Notes: a model not told the origin generated them from the sequence alone. Positions 1 through 13,555 are shown, counted from the whole stretch's first letter. The stretch: DNA of 63,993 nucleotides, filler included, from Porpidia crustulata (GCA_964255105.1; 9 parts of 9 records of this genome joined end to end with filler, not necessarily neighbours in it); one strand, 5' to 3'. Translations and numbers: made by a program.

Positions 1-329
1 ACCCCCCGCCCCGCCACTGCAACTCCTCTTCTTCCTCTGATTTATCCCAACGAAAGCCAACGCAAGACGACCGAGCCGCAAAACTCGCCGCCATGCAACA
101 GGCGGCTTCCGAGCTTGACCGAGACCGCGAGATGCGCTTGGCGGCCGTCGTAGAGCGCGAGAGAGCGGAGCGGGAGGACGAGGAACAGGCAAAGGCTAAG
201 TCTGCAAAGTACGGAGGCAAGGGAGACTTTGTGCATGGCCTGCATCGACAGGCTGGAGAGATGGGAATTGGGGAGAGGATGAGGAGGGGAAGAGGAGAGT
301 CGGGAAAGGAAGGGAAAGACGAGGATTGA
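1..329 (+). CDS. 3' end of a pre-mRNA splicing factor Cwc25-like protein (5'-truncated by the window)
   Basis: C-terminal peptide ...KLAAMQQAASELDRDREMRLAAV...SAKYGGKGDFVHGLHRQAGEMGIGERMRR resembles the C-terminus of fungal Cwc25; stop at 327-329. Confidence 0.6.
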   Translation, partial: PPPRHCNSSSSSDLSQRKPTQDDRAAKLAAMQQAASELDRDREMRLAAVVERERAEREDEEQAKAKSAKYGGKGDFVHGLHRQAGEMGIGERMRRGRGESGKEGKDED

Positions 330-1253
330 ATTCTAGGAATTTGCGCATTTGGGATGTGATACCCAAGGAGTACCAGGCTTGGAGAGGTGAAGCTATATAC
401 TGTGGCCAAGGGCGTTCATGGTATGGAAAATAGCGATTGACATGCATAAATTTGAACGACGATAGTACCTTACTCTTTGAAGCGGATGGTCGAGACTAAG
501 TGAAAAGCTTTTCAACAACAATCTGCAAGTAGATTCAGTCACGAAACGACGTAACACACTGTGGAGCCGAATGGTCCTCGGAATGTATCCAGTAAAATGT
601 TACAGAAACCTAGGTTGATGTGACAAGATGCTGTAAGTAGTTTTGAGGCCCATAAAGGTACACGAGAGAGTCGTATCAAATAAACGGCTTCTTGCTACTG
701 ATGTCGCAGTAATTCTTAGAATCGCGTTGTAGTGGAAGAGCGAGAAGCAATTTCTGATTAAGTCGAACATCGCCAGAATACCTGAAACCAGAATGATTAA
801 TGGAAAAAAGGAACCTGGAAGGCGATCACCGAAGCAAGCAGGCGCATCCGTCGAGGTACCAGCGGTCTGTCCACAACGAAATAACCTCATCAGTAAGTAT
901 CACTTGCAAGGTCCCTCACTGAGATAGTGACCAGTATTGGAAGACGAGCACACGAAGCCGTTTATAGGATTTGGGCCGCAGTGATTTTCTATTAGGGGTC
1001 TTCCGGCCACCTACCGAGCGTCATCATTCGTTCCCCGGACGCCGAGTCTATTTTGGGCTTTTAGTGCAAGTCGACAAGGAACAAGTTATGCTCGTGGACT
1101 ATACTCCTACATTAACGACGGACAAGCTGCTCAGATCTCGTCTCCTTTGGCTACTCACAATCTCACATCGGCTTCCGAAGCGCTCACAACATATCATATT
1201 ATAGACAGTAGAACTTGCGACCCTTGATCAACCAGCGTTCTCAACTTCTCACA

Positions 1254-2283
1254 ATGCCACTTTGTGGTGGAGGCAAGACAGTCTCACGCAAACTAGTATT
1301 ATTGTACGGTCCCTCTCAATTGGTAGGTATTGATCTCAATTGACGACTCTGTTTTGGTAGGGGAGATGGTGCATGTGGAAAAACGTCGCTGCTGAATGTG
1401 TTTACCCGAGGGTGAGTCGAGAAGTTCAGCGCTTGGGTGACTTTGCTGATGAACCCGGCGCAAACACAGATATTTCCCAACAGTATAGTAAGTCGCAAAC
1501 TTACTTCACTTGAGCCCGAAACAGCAACTAATTAGAGCTCTTCACACTGCAGCGAACCTACGGTCTTTGGTAAAAACCTCCCTTCAACGACTACCGTGCT
1601 CGCATTTTAACAGCTTCATAGAAAATTACGTTCATGGTACGACTGTCAATCTTGAAGCTCCTCGCTTCCGATGTTGATGGAGATCAGACATTTTTGTCGA
1701 CAACGTACATATAGAACTCTCGTTATGGGATACAGCCGGACAAGAAGAATTCGATCGCCTACGATCACTATCCTACGATGATACCCATACAATAATGCTC
1801 TGTTTCAGTGTGGGTAATCCAGTCGCACTTGGTGAGATGACAACAACCTCTGACAAAGACACCAGGTGGATTCGAGAGACTCCCTCGAGAACGTCGAATC
1901 GAAATGGGTCGGCGAAATCGCAGAAAACTGCCAAGGTGTTAAGCTGGTAATTGTCGCCCTAAAATGCGATCTCCGAGAAAATCATACAGACGAGGACGAA
2001 GGGTCTGGCGCCAATGAGATGCCAAGCCGAAAAAAGGAAAAGGATGCCATAATATACCAGGAAGGTTTGGAGGTCGCTAAGCGGATAGGGGCTCTGCGAT
2101 ACCTTGGTACGTTGAACCTGGACTCATTATCAAAGGAAGCATGGAACACTAATGAGCTATATAGAGTGCTCCGCAAAACGAAATCGAGGAGTCAACGAGG
2201 CTTTCACTGAAGCCGCACGAGTGGCGCTTTCGGTGAAAGGCTCGGGGAGCTCAGGCGGTAGCAGCAAATGCACCATTATGTGA
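1254..2283 (+). CDS. RHO3: Rho3 small GTPase, 8 exons
   Basis: Spliced reading [55 protein letters not shown]...[17 protein letters not shown]...ECSAK...CTIM*. Contains the N-terminal Cys, G boxes, CAAX box and GT-AG introns. Confidence 0.93.
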
Positions 2284-3967
2284 ACGATCTGTATATATCG
2301 ACCTCACTTCCTTTGGTCTATTCTACCTCTTGGATTTAAGGAGGTCGGCTTCGCTGGTGCAAGGGTCGGTTAGGCGTTGGGGATTTGACGTGGCGGTGTA
2401 TAATAATAAGTAGGCATAGTTCTGGAAAGCTAACCGCGGTTGGCTATTTGAAGCTGATTATTCGGAAATGGGCGTATAAGTTGGGCTATGGTGTCGGAGT
2501 GGACCATCAATAAGGTCGCTCTTGCACGTCGTAGGGTCAGCAGAGTCATTTGGAAGTTCCTGTGTGATCGAATGGTACGATAATTGGAGAGAACGCTTGC
2601 AATACACGATGGTTCAAGGACTAAGTATCTCATTCCTCCACATTTGGCCTTCTTGCATATTGTCTTGGCATGACTATAGGCTGCCGCCTCGCTCGTGCAT
2701 ATGCTTCCACAGCCACCTGCGAGGTACCTTCTGTCCGTATCACACTTCCAATAGACATGAAGAACCTGGTCAAGAATCAGCCACCAAAGATTCGCTCACG
2801 GGATTGCTTCAGATCCACCGTACCCAAACGTCGCTCCAGATCCTAACATATACTGCCCCAGAGTCCTCATAATACCATTAGAACCAGCTCCATATCTCAT
2901 AATGTTGAAACCTCCTACACTCTTTTAGCAATATGGCTATAGCTTTAAGGTCCTGCTCCTAATATTTACCAAACATGAAGCCCATGATTAGACCAACGGC
3001 TAGTAATTGGACTTGAGCTTTGGCCAAACTTGGGAAAAGGGGGTGAGACTTACAGCCTCCCAACATCGCACCCATCTTCCCTATGCTATGTCAGCCAATA
3101 CCCTACGACCTAAACGATCCTGACTATCTTCCACACACATTTGTCAAAGGTGGATGGGCCTCGCATGCCCCCTCCACCTTGCGAGCTCGATGGCATTGGC
3201 GGCATGGTAACTTGTGAGGCGTCCCAACTTTGAATGGCAAGTGTATTGTGAGTTCACTTGCTATCGGCATCTGTAAACCGAATGTAAGCTGTTTTTGGCT
3301 GACTAAGCATTTGGTCACGTGTTTAGAGCTTTGATCACATCAAACTCTCCATGGTGTTTGATTGTGTAGGATTACCACACTCATTGAGATAGGGATAAAT
3401 CCTTGCAGCCCTCGGAAAAATTGTGCAATCCCAGTTTGCTTGTTGGCGTCTATGTGTGTGTAAACAGTAGACCTCACGTGCTTGTTCTGGGATTGTATTC
3501 GACTAAGGGCCGGCGTCTGTTTCGTGAAAGGAAAGAAACGACACCTTCTCACTACCCCTCGCCCTTGAACATAAATTTCATCCACGGCTATCGAAGACTC
3601 AAAAATTTCCTGGTTTCCTCATTGCCGGCGTCTACTGGGCTCATCACAATCGCACATATCTCTAGTAAAGGAGGTCACAAGAAGTCTCGAAAAAACCACA
3701 TTTTCGAGAGTGCGGTCGTGCGGCTCAGCACAGATACCTCTCGATATTTGAGTGCGCAACCGGGCCACTTCCTGATCATATTTTCGACGGTCTGGTTTCA
3801 TGAGATTGATTTCTAGCCTCGAATATTGCCCTGTCGCACGCGAGATACGCCACGGCACTGGTTTCAAGTGCGTGGGGATTCACCAGTGGGGATACTTGGG
3901 GGGTCAAGGGCGGTACATTAGCAATTTGGCCTATCGAGAAAGAACACAATAGGAGAAACTTGTGCAG

Positions 3968-6441
3968 ATGACGGCTGTAGCGTCTCCGTCGAGTTTCCAG
4001 CCTCTAGCCCGATGGAATTCTGGTAATGGTGGACAGGGAGGCTTAAATCCAATGAGTGCCGACGAAGTTACACGTATGTTCATGCCGCAGAAGAGTGTAC
4101 AACGGACAAACTCCTCCTCATCCGTCGCATCTTCGTCGTCGTCGTCTTCTACCTCGACGATACCTACAACTGCCCCACCAACAAATGGCGAGGCTTCGGC
4201 TACAAACGGTGACCAAGGAGGGTGGCCCGGAAGGAAAAAGCCTGTGCGAGGGCTCTGGCCTTCGTCAAAGGCTGAGCCAGTGTCCGGCATATCCAAAGCG
4301 CGACCGCAGCCACTTCCTACAGCAACCTCAGGTCAGTCCGCTGCGTCGACAATGTCAGCTATACATCAGCCGTCTCCCATCCTACCCTCACAGAACAGAC
4401 TTCAGACTCAACCACAACAGAACGGTGGACGGATAGAACCTTCAACAAACCAGACAGAGCCGCCTGCAGTTCTTGCCTTGCAGCCGCTTACTACCACGTT
4501 TGAAAGAAAACATATCACAGTACCATATTTCCCGGAGGTACTCAGGATAGGTCGACAGACAAATGCGAAAACAGTCCCTACAGCCATCAATGGTTATTTC
4601 GATTCTAAAGTACTTTCTAGACAGCATGCCGAGGTATGGGCGGATAGAAATGGTAAGATCTGGATTCGGGATGTGAAGTCATCGAACGGTACTTTCGTGA
4701 ACGGAGTTAGATTGTCACCCGAGAATCGGGATTCTGAGCCGCACGAATTACGAGAACATGACACATTGGAATTGGGCATCGATATCGTAAGCGAGGATCA
4801 GAAGAGCATCGTCCATCATAAAGTGTCCGCCAAAGTCGAACACGCTGGTATATATACGAACGGCACGAATGTACTGGACTTGAATTTTGGTGATATTGAT
4901 TCAAGTTCCGGAAATCCTATACCCATTGGTCAACAGGTCTCACAAGTCAGAGGTCGCGCTGGAAGCCAAGGCTCGATATCAAGCAATGGGCGAATGTCCG
5001 TTCCGGCGAGCATGGCAGGTAATCATTTGAACGGAATGGGCCCCCAGCGGCAGATGAACTTTTGGCTGAACCCAATCACTATTGAACAGGTTGTTAAGAA
5101 ACTTACTGTAAGTCGGGGCACAGATGCTGACAAATGTCCGTCTGCTAAAAATTCCTCCAGACCGAATTGAAACAGGCAAAGCAGCAGTCCCAAGACCTTC
5201 ACCGGACCGGCGATTTCTTCACAACATTATTGAACTTAGAAACAGGCGAAGAACCTCCAAAGCCATCAGACACTCATCCAGCAGATGATAGGAAACTTAA
5301 TGGAATATTGCCTGGAGCGCATCTCGATCCCGTATCGCCTTTCTCCCAACCACCGGCTCCACCACCTCAGCAGCCTCTCCCGGAAAAGCCCGACGCAGCC
5401 CGCTCAATCGCTTTTGACACAAAAGTGCAGACCTCTTTGAACAGAGTGGACACAGATAAGCCAAAGCCGGCCATGAATTCGCCGTCAAGGGTAGAGCCTC
5501 CAACAAGCCAGATTCTGTCCCTTGTCGAAGCTTTAACAACCGCGAAGAGAGAAATTGACTCCCAAGGCGACCGCGTCAAGCAGCTAGAGATTATGCTTAG
5601 TCGAGAGCGAAAGGCGCGAGAAGGAGCCGAGGAGCGCGCTCGTCGTCTGCTAGCCGGCTACACTCCTGAGTTTGACATACCTGAAAGTGAGTCAGTCGAA
5701 GGGGAAGCTTTGGATACGTTGACGCAACCGCAAATCACGGACGAGCACCGGCAATCCAATTGCAACATGAGAGACGTCAAGGACCAACCCAAAACATTAG
5801 CATCAACCTCAGCGGCACTGGAAACCCCAGATGAATTCCACCACGATACAGCTTCCGTCGATGCATCTACCACCCGTCTCCAAGAAAAGCTCGACCTGAT
5901 GATTCGAGAAATGGACGAGATGAAGATTGTCATGGAGAATTATAAAAGACGGGCTGAGACGGCGGAGGACGAACGAAAGGGCCTTGCGGAGATGGTACAG
6001 CAGATTCGGTCCAATGTTGCTGCCACAGCGAACGACCTCAGTGACGACAGCACCATTCTCGGAAGCAGCTCATCCCAATCCTCTGACGGCATCATTTCAT
6101 GGGGCTCCTCTTCCACTTATGCTGCTTCCGGTACTAGCTCCTCCTCACCCATCTCCCAGCAAAAGTCCAAACAACTCAACGGTCGAACAGTCACTGGCGT
6201 CCCATTATCGTCGGTAGCGCAAGCCGAGTATGACAACATGGCCGAGCTGGAACGAACTGTTTCTACTGCACTACAGGAAGCTAGCAAATCGCAGCGCTGG
6301 GGCCGCAATAGCCGGGGATGGAGTGGTAATGGCGAGAGTGCGATGATGCAGGGGGCACCGTATGCGAGTATGGTTGGGGTGGTGCTAATCGGAGTAGGGA
6401 TCATGACATGGTTGAACGGGTGGCAGAGGGGGGAGAGGTGA
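3968..6441 (+). CDS. VPS64: FHA-domain, coiled-coil, tail-anchored protein (Vps64/Far9/SLMAP-like, STRIPAK component)
   Basis: FHA motifs LRIGRQT, FDSKVLSRQHAEV and DVKSSNGTFVNG; coiled coils; C-terminal TM helix PYASMVGVVLIGVGIMTWLNGW; intron 5108-5160 (GTAAGT..CAG). Confidence 0.88.
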
Positions 6442-7074
6442 GTTGTTACGAGAGAGTGCGGAGGTTTTGAGGCGAAAGTAGGGAATGGAGTCGAAACGCA
6501 GCTGGAACAAAGCCCGAGGAGGCTGAATCAGTCTTCATGGAATAAATTAACACTCTCATTGCAGGCGTGCGGTTTTTCGTGGATAGGTGTGCATATTTGA
6601 AGGCGTTCCTTCTCAAGTATCAATTACCAAGTTGTACTTACGGCCGTGGCAACCGCTGGAATTTTGGGAAATGGGGATACAGCACAGCACAGGACCTTTA
6701 CGCATAAGGGTACTTCATTACGTTGTCTTTTTATCGCAGGGTTATTCTTATGAGAACCCTGCAAGTTTAGGATTTGTCTGGACGATGGGAGGGTGAGGGG
6801 CTGGAGATTGTATATATGGATGCACGAAGTGGCTTTTGGTCGGTGTAATGTACCGTTTGATTCTGTGATAGGAGTGCAATATGGGATGATGTTTGCCGCT
6901 AGGGGAGCGATGACTCTCAGTGGGGGTCCCGCTGAGATGAAAGCACCCCTGGGCAAGACTTTCGACATAGACGTTGCGACTGAAGGACCATTGACTCTGT
7001 CAGAAAAGTCGAATCAAAATCACCCAAAGCCATCCACATATCCCTCCTCTCCAAAACCCACCCCAACATCCCCC

Positions 7075-7174
7075 NNNNNNNNNNNNNNNNNNNNNNNNNN
7101 NNNNNNNNNNNNNNNNNNTTAATTAATTAANNNNNNNNNNNNNNNNNNNNNNNNNNNNNNNNNNNNNNNNNNNN
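7075..7174. other. Artificial contig spacer (N44-TTAATTAATTAA-N44); also at 14238, 21398, 28550, 35697, 42839, 49960 and 57075
   Basis: Identical 100-bp layout eight times; the 12-mer has stop codons in all six frames. Confidence 0.98.
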
Positions 7175-8456
7175 GTCATAGGGGGGGATAGTGGCGGCCG
7201 TACCTGGAGGATTGTTCTGTTCATCTAGGAGATAGTGGAGGATGCTACCGTCCGCGCCGCCGGTTGATAGCAGATTGGCGTGGATTGGGTGCCAGGTCAA
7301 AGTTGATATGTCCTTCTCGTTTCCCTTCAAAAGGCAAATGTCTCGCATCATCCTGAGGTCAAATACGCGCGCAGTTTGATCTCGTGCGCACGTTGCCAAG
7401 AGCTGGCCTTTGTTCGGCTCAAACAAAGTTTTGGATATGGTGTTTTTGTGACCGTGGAGCGTTGTCAAACATCGACCAGTCCGAGGATCCCAAAGCTTGA
7501 CTTGATGATCCTTGGAGCCAGAGACGATAAGACCTTTGGTCGGATGCCAGTCAACAGACTTCACTTCCCAGCCGTGCCCGGTGATGGTCGACTCGGCCTC
7601 TGCAACACCACCATGATGTATTGCTTCGCTATGGAAATCCCAAATTTTTAGCGTAGCATCATCACTGGCAGTCACAAATTTTGTATCATTTGGTGAGAAT
7701 GCGAGATCGCGGATGGGATCAGTATGTGCTTTTGATATATCTCTGACATTATTAAAGTTTGGCTGCCAGTACTTGACCACACCATCTTGATCCGCTGACA
7801 CAAGCCATTCCTCGTTGTGGGAATACTTTGCTGCTCGGATGGCAGAGTCATGCGCCTGTTGATTTTGTTATAAGCTTATATTTTTCTTCAAGGTGAATGC
7901 TACTAACTTGCATTATAGTTTCAAAATTGAATCCCATTCCATTCCAAAGCGTGAACTCTCCACTGCTCGATCCTGTCAGCAGACGGCGGCCTTCTGGAGT
8001 CCATTTGACTATATTGATTGGATGTTTGAGTTTATTCGTTGAAGAATGTAGATGCCGCGAAGGTATTGCATCAACAGCGTGTTGGATTTTGGCAGGAGGC
8101 GGTAGCATCTAATATGAGAAATCAGATTTCAATGATCCAAAGCTAAATCAGAAATACTCTGATATATCATACATCTACTATGTAACTGGCGCTTGGCCTC
8201 TCCATCTCCATTCGTATTCCCCCCTTGTACCGTGGCTGGCGATGTCGCATCCATTGCACCATTGACGAACCGTAATCAGTCACGGATCCTTTCAAAAATT
8301 CAGCCATTGTTCTAAGCATATGTCGTCGCGTCAAGCCAGTATCAAAAGCTGGTCTTCAGCTATGGCATACTACTAACTCCTACCGACAGTACGTCTGTAA
8401 CCTCCTCCATCATAACCTCCCCCTCCACCATATCCACCTTGGAAGTCACGATCCAT
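7175..8456 (-). CDS. PFS2: Polyadenylation factor subunit 2 (Pfs2/WDR33), WD40 protein, 3'-truncated at contig end
   Basis: ATG 8456 [15 protein letters not shown]...; [74 protein letters not shown]; several introns. Confidence 0.92.
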
Positions 8457-10003
8457 ATTGAATTCGAACAGACTACCCTACAATCATTGGTCTCGCAGAC
8501 AGTTCAATCGACACTTTCAATCTCATCATCCATAGATTTCCCCAAGAGAGTATCAAAGGTAAAGGTACAATTAGTAGGCACGTAGGCACGGAGGATAATC
8601 TCCAACCAAGACACTGTTGCCCTACCAACTGGATTAGTAAGCTCCCGCCGCTCTGCAAGAATCACAAAATAAACTAAATCTAGAAATACACAGCTCAAAC
8701 TCGCCATAAAATCTTGTTGTGACTTATTCTTCACCATGCTCCCTCAGAGGTAGTAATGGGCCACTCTGCAGTTATTGTTCAGTGTGGGTTTAACCCTACT
8801 TAGGGTGAGGTCTAGGCCACCTGTCTTACACATCACTAAAGTACGAGAGTACTATTGAAGGTTTTTCACGTATGCTCGGATTACATGATATCCTGAAGAA
8901 ATTCAATAGAGCATCCCTCGGTGATTTTTCATAAAATATTATTTGCGCAGTTCAAAACTTGTCGCAGCTTCCGAGTGTGCTATAATGGCGTTTCATACGC
9001 CGGTGCTTTGCATCTCAAACTAATCCAGGCATTATCTCACGATCTTGTATATGAGCGATTGAGCAGCTATGAGAAGGTGATACCTTATCTCATAGTGCAA
9101 ATGTTTTCTCTTTTATACCGACTCCCCATTCGTGGACAATCAAAACCTCGTTGTATACTTAACTGGCAATGACGAGAGATACTACAAAGTTTCTGTGTAT
9201 TTCTGCCCATGACTTGTCACCTATATGCAATGGGAGAGAAGGATCAGTAAAGGGGATGATTTGCGAACATCGACACAGACCGAGTGTCTCGACGAATCCA
9301 ATCGTACCCGAGCCATATGTACACCTTCAGAAAAGCAGCAGTACGCGGAGAAACTCATGCGTATCCACAACAATACCGTCCTGCTCTGCGGCGACAGGAT
9401 TAACAACGCGGCCGCTCTCGTTCAGGCCAACCTTGGCTTATCGAGAAAGATGCCATGCAGAATATCGCAGATGCCGTCCTCATCACATTTTCTTCATTCA
9501 ATAACCTCGCACTCATCGACCTGTCTCGACACTTTTGTCGTCACGTTGTCTTTAACTTCGCCTGAGCCGCTTCTGAAAACGTCTTTGCCATCCTACTTGC
9601 CATCGGCGCCTTTGTTAAGATGCAGTTGACTCCCGAATACACCAGGCTCGGGGAGGCAGTAAGCGTGATGCCCGTGATCCTGACCCGCTGCTGCTACGGC
9701 AAAGTCTGGCTTTTTCAACGGGTCCCAAGAACGCCATAGGAACTGTTAGACTCCAATATCAGATCCATCCATTAGTCTTCAAAACCACATAGAAACCCTT
9801 CCACGCGCTGGATTTCGCGGCCTCCATTATCAATTGCGAAAGATCTGCAATGCATCTTACCGCGATAGATAAATCAAAACCTTTCGCTACAACCCTTACA
9901 GAAATGGGGTGTGCAGCATGAATCCCTCGTGATTGGTTTATATTCACGCATGCACCCCCACATCCCGTTCATCTATTCCTCCGACTGGTGTGTGTTGTCC
10001 ATG

Positions 10004-10010
10004 TATATAA
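10004..10010 (+). promoter_or_regulatory. TATA box upstream of the metallothionein gene
   Basis: TATATAA about 145 bp upstream of ATG 10152, followed by a CT-rich leader and an A-rich start context. Confidence 0.6.
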
Positions 10011-10151
10011 GACCCCCACTCCCCGCACTGTTCTGCAATTAACTCATCTCCACCATATCATCTCCACCAACTCAAGGCCTTTGGCAAACGATTCCAAACC
10101 ATCAACTCAAACAATTCCCACCGATCTCTAGTCCAAACCCGAAAGAAAAAA

Positions 10152-10312
10152 ATGGGTCCTTGCTCCTGCTGCTCCCACTCTGGCGACTGTAACGGCTGCG
10201 GCTGCAGCACCTGTGGTGTATGAACTCTCTCTGTTTTTCTTCCCTCTTCTCCCTTCCGTCGTTATCAAAGGATGCAAAGATTAAACACCTCTGACCGATC
10301 CTGTAGCACTGA
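10152..10312 (+). CDS. Small fungal metallothionein, 23 aa (MGPCSCCSHSGDCNGCGCSTCGH), one intron
   Basis: Exon 10152-10217; intron 10218-10306 (GTATGA, CTGAC branch point, TAG); final CAC TGA. 7 Cys in CxC/CxxC spacing, 2 His, no aromatic residues; resembles Neurospora Cu-MT and Magnaporthe MMT1. Confidence 0.85.
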
Positions 10313-11862
10313 GTTTCGATGATTTCCATCTCAGGATGATCTCACGCGTGATGCATGGATGGCTGTGTGTTTGCTGATTGGGCTATGGTTAATGAGCATA
10401 TGCACGGGTCTGGCGTGTTGGATGGGGATATGATTGGGAGATGGAGTCACTCTTTTTGGGGATTTGGAGGTAGCACAATTGTGTTGGTGATGATTTGGGT
10501 GTGAGGGGTGCGTAGATACATATGTCATTATGATAGTCTCATGCGCCTACTGTGACAGCACTCTGCCACTGCGAGAAAGTTTCGGTGCCATTGAAATATG
10601 TTCGTGAACCCATGAATACTAATCTTTGCTTCTGGTGTAGACTTGAGCGCCTGCATACGGCAGTCGAAAGTGGTGTACTGGGGGCCAGTCGATGACAAAA
10701 AACAGTTTTCGTACGATTCGAGAAGTAGTTGAAGCCCATAGGAACTTCGAAACCCATTGTTGTCGCTGTCTCTCTCATCGAGGGTGAACAATAGGTCAAC
10801 CTCAGAATAGACTTTATTTCATATGGATGATGCGCTTCCATGAATAGTCAGCTTGAATGTGGGTTCCGATGTCACGCAGAGGAACCGAAAGACACTCGTT
10901 GTCCGTCGATGCTGAGCCAGTTCCTTAGTAAAGCACCACATGCACGAATAGCCTTAAGGGCGGGCTTCAGTGGCATCCTGCAGGGCTCTGACCTCTCATT
11001 TCGAGAAGCAGAGGCTCATCTTTGGAGTGCTTCAACTAACCGCTTGACAGCAAAGCCCAGGTAGCCTCCTCCACCCGGCAATGATACCTCAGGTGTTCGC
11101 TGAACTAAGTGCGAGTGGCGATGGCTTCGCAGAAAAGGAAGACAATCGTAAGTACAAATTTCTTTCAACAACCTTCCAATGCCATGCTCGGTCGATGGAG
11201 TTGAGATCCCAATCGCCTAACATCATGACAGGTAATGGTTAAGAATGTCCGTAAGCTCGGGATTCAGAAAATTGCGTTGCTTTAGTCAATTGACATGATA
11301 CTAGTTGCGACAATGGCGATCAACCTAGCTGCTTACTTTGGGTAAAAGACAATCCCAGGAGACAAATTCTCATTGATGAAGTCAATTCGGAGTTGTGTAT
11401 CAGAGAGTTTTCGAGCTAGAGTAGTAAATTCCCGAGACACGCTCAAGCGCGGTGCACCAACCCGTAGCGTATGTATTTGATCTGTTTAAAACGTTCGAAA
11501 GGACCATACAATACTCTAGTAAAGGAGTCCGATGTAATGTATTCTATTAAGCGCAAGCGAGGAAACTGACGTGCACAAACGTGTAAAATAAGGTTGCATA
11601 AGTGGCCTGTTAAGTCGCCCCAACACAACAGCCATCACCATGAGGAAAGCCCAACCATGATAGTGCAAATCTAACATTTTCTCTTCTCTTCCGTTCTTTC
11701 TTTTATTTGTTCCAGTTTTTTTCTACTATCCATTCAAGGCGATTGGATTCCCGGATTCTATGTCGCGCAGTTCTTAATACCCAATATGCTCATTGTAGTT
11801 ACTAACTTCCTGGACCGGTCTCTTTACTGCGATTGCTTGATTCGAATTTTCGGTCTAGTGTA

Positions 11863-13555
11863 ATGGCAACCACATCTAGTATCCTGCAGCCGCCTCATGT
11901 GGAAAGCAATGGTCCGCGCCAAAGAGAAATTAATGGAGCTGCAGTAACGAATCCGTCGGTATCGCTTGAGAAAAGAGGCAAGGCTAAGCCTGTATCTAAA
12001 TATCGACATATTGCGGCAGTCCACTCAAAGACACGGAACTCCCATTTGAGCCATGATTCAGAGGTGTCTCCAAATTTCTTGGGTTTTAGAAACTTGATGG
12101 TAATTGTATTGAGTGAGTCCCATTCAGAGCAATCAGGAATGAAATACAGAGCTAATGCAAATTTCCCTGCAGTCGTAATGAACCTACGCTTAGTAGTAGA
12201 GAATTTCATGAAGGTAGCATGAGCACTCCGTCTAACGATCGCTAGCTTCTGACCATGTCTGAAGTATGGAGTTCTCATTTGCGTTCGCTGCCATGACTAT
12301 CGACGGCAAGACCTTATCCTCGGCACCATCCTCTACGCTCTCGTGCCTTGCCATCTCTTCGTGGCATATGTCATCGAGCTAGCCGCTGCTCAGCAAGCAA
12401 AAGGTGTCCTCGGCCGCCTGAAACGCGAAGATGGAGGCTTTCAAGACTATCATAACGCCCAAGCCAGAAAGTCCTTCCGGAGTACCTGGCGCAAGATCGC
12501 CTGGGCCCACGGTATCAATGCCACCCTTTCTCTCCTCGTCACCAGCGTCACTGTGTATTATCATATCCACCATCCCCTGATTGGCACCATTAGCGAAGTC
12601 CACGCCATCATTGTCTGGCTCAAGATCTGCTCGTACGCCTTCACCAACCGGGATCTCCGGCACGCATTGCTCAATCCGTGCACGAATGCATCGTTACCAG
12701 ACATCTACACGGCATGCTCTTACCCACGCAACATCACGTTCGGTAATCTCTCCTACTTCTGGTGGGCCCCTACCCTGGTCTACCAGCCCGTCTACCCCCG
12801 CACCACGAGCGTCCGCTGGCTCTTCATCGGCAAGCGCCTCGCCGAAACCGCCGGCCTCAGTATGTTCATCTGGCTCGCCTCGGCCCAGTACGCGGCCCCC
12901 GTCCTGCGCAACTCCCTCAGCAAAATCGCGACCCTCGACATCGCCTCCATCATCGAGCGCCTGATGAAGCTCTCCACCATCTCCCTCGTCATCTGGCTAG
13001 CAGGCTTCTTCGCACTCTTTCAGTCCTTACTGAACGCGCTGGCGGAAGTCATGATGTTCGGGGACCGCGAGTTCTATACTGAGTGGTGGAACAGCCCGAG
13101 CGTGGGGGCGTACTGGCGCAACTGGAACAAACCGGTCTATCACTTCATGAAGAGGCACATCTATAGCCCACTGATTGGTAGGGGTTACACCCATCGATTC
13201 GCCAGCACAATGGTGTTTGTCTTCTCAGGCTTTATCCACGAACTAGCCGTCGGCGTCCCAACCCACAACATCCTAGGTATGCCTTCCCCCTCCGAGTCCT
13301 TACAACCAATCTATCCCACACAACCTTCCGCCCCTAGCTTTGCAATCTAACCCTCGAAATCCCATAGGTGCCGCATTCATCGGAATGATCGTCCAATTAC
13401 CCCTAATCGCCGTCACGATGCCGCTGGAGCGTCATGGCAGAGTAATCGGCAACTGCATCTTCTGGATCAGCTTCTGCCTCGTCGGGCAGCCGCTGGCGGC
13501 GCTGCTGTACTTTTTCGCGTGGCAGGCCAAATATGGCAGTGTCAGTAGGATGTAA
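11863..13555 (+). CDS. MBOAT acyltransferase, DGAT1/sterol O-acyltransferase (ARE2-like) family
   Basis: SHLSHDS...NFLGFRNL, FWWAPTLVYQPVYPR, FGDREFYTEWWN, YWRNWNKPVYHFMKRH, catalytic His in FIHEL; three introns. Confidence 0.92.

Noticed and set aside
7119..7130. TTAATTAATTAA palindrome recurring about every 7.1 kb
   Set aside because: Artificial six-frame stop linker between contigs, not biological periodicity
9951..9957. TGCACCC matching the animal MRE core upstream of the metallothionein
   Set aside because: A 7-mer expected by chance, and MTF-1-type regulation is not established in these fungi
12379..13082. Overlapping alternative-frame and antisense ORFs within DGAT1 (similar ones in ADH and CDC48)
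   Set aside because: Expected by-product of GC3-rich coding sequence
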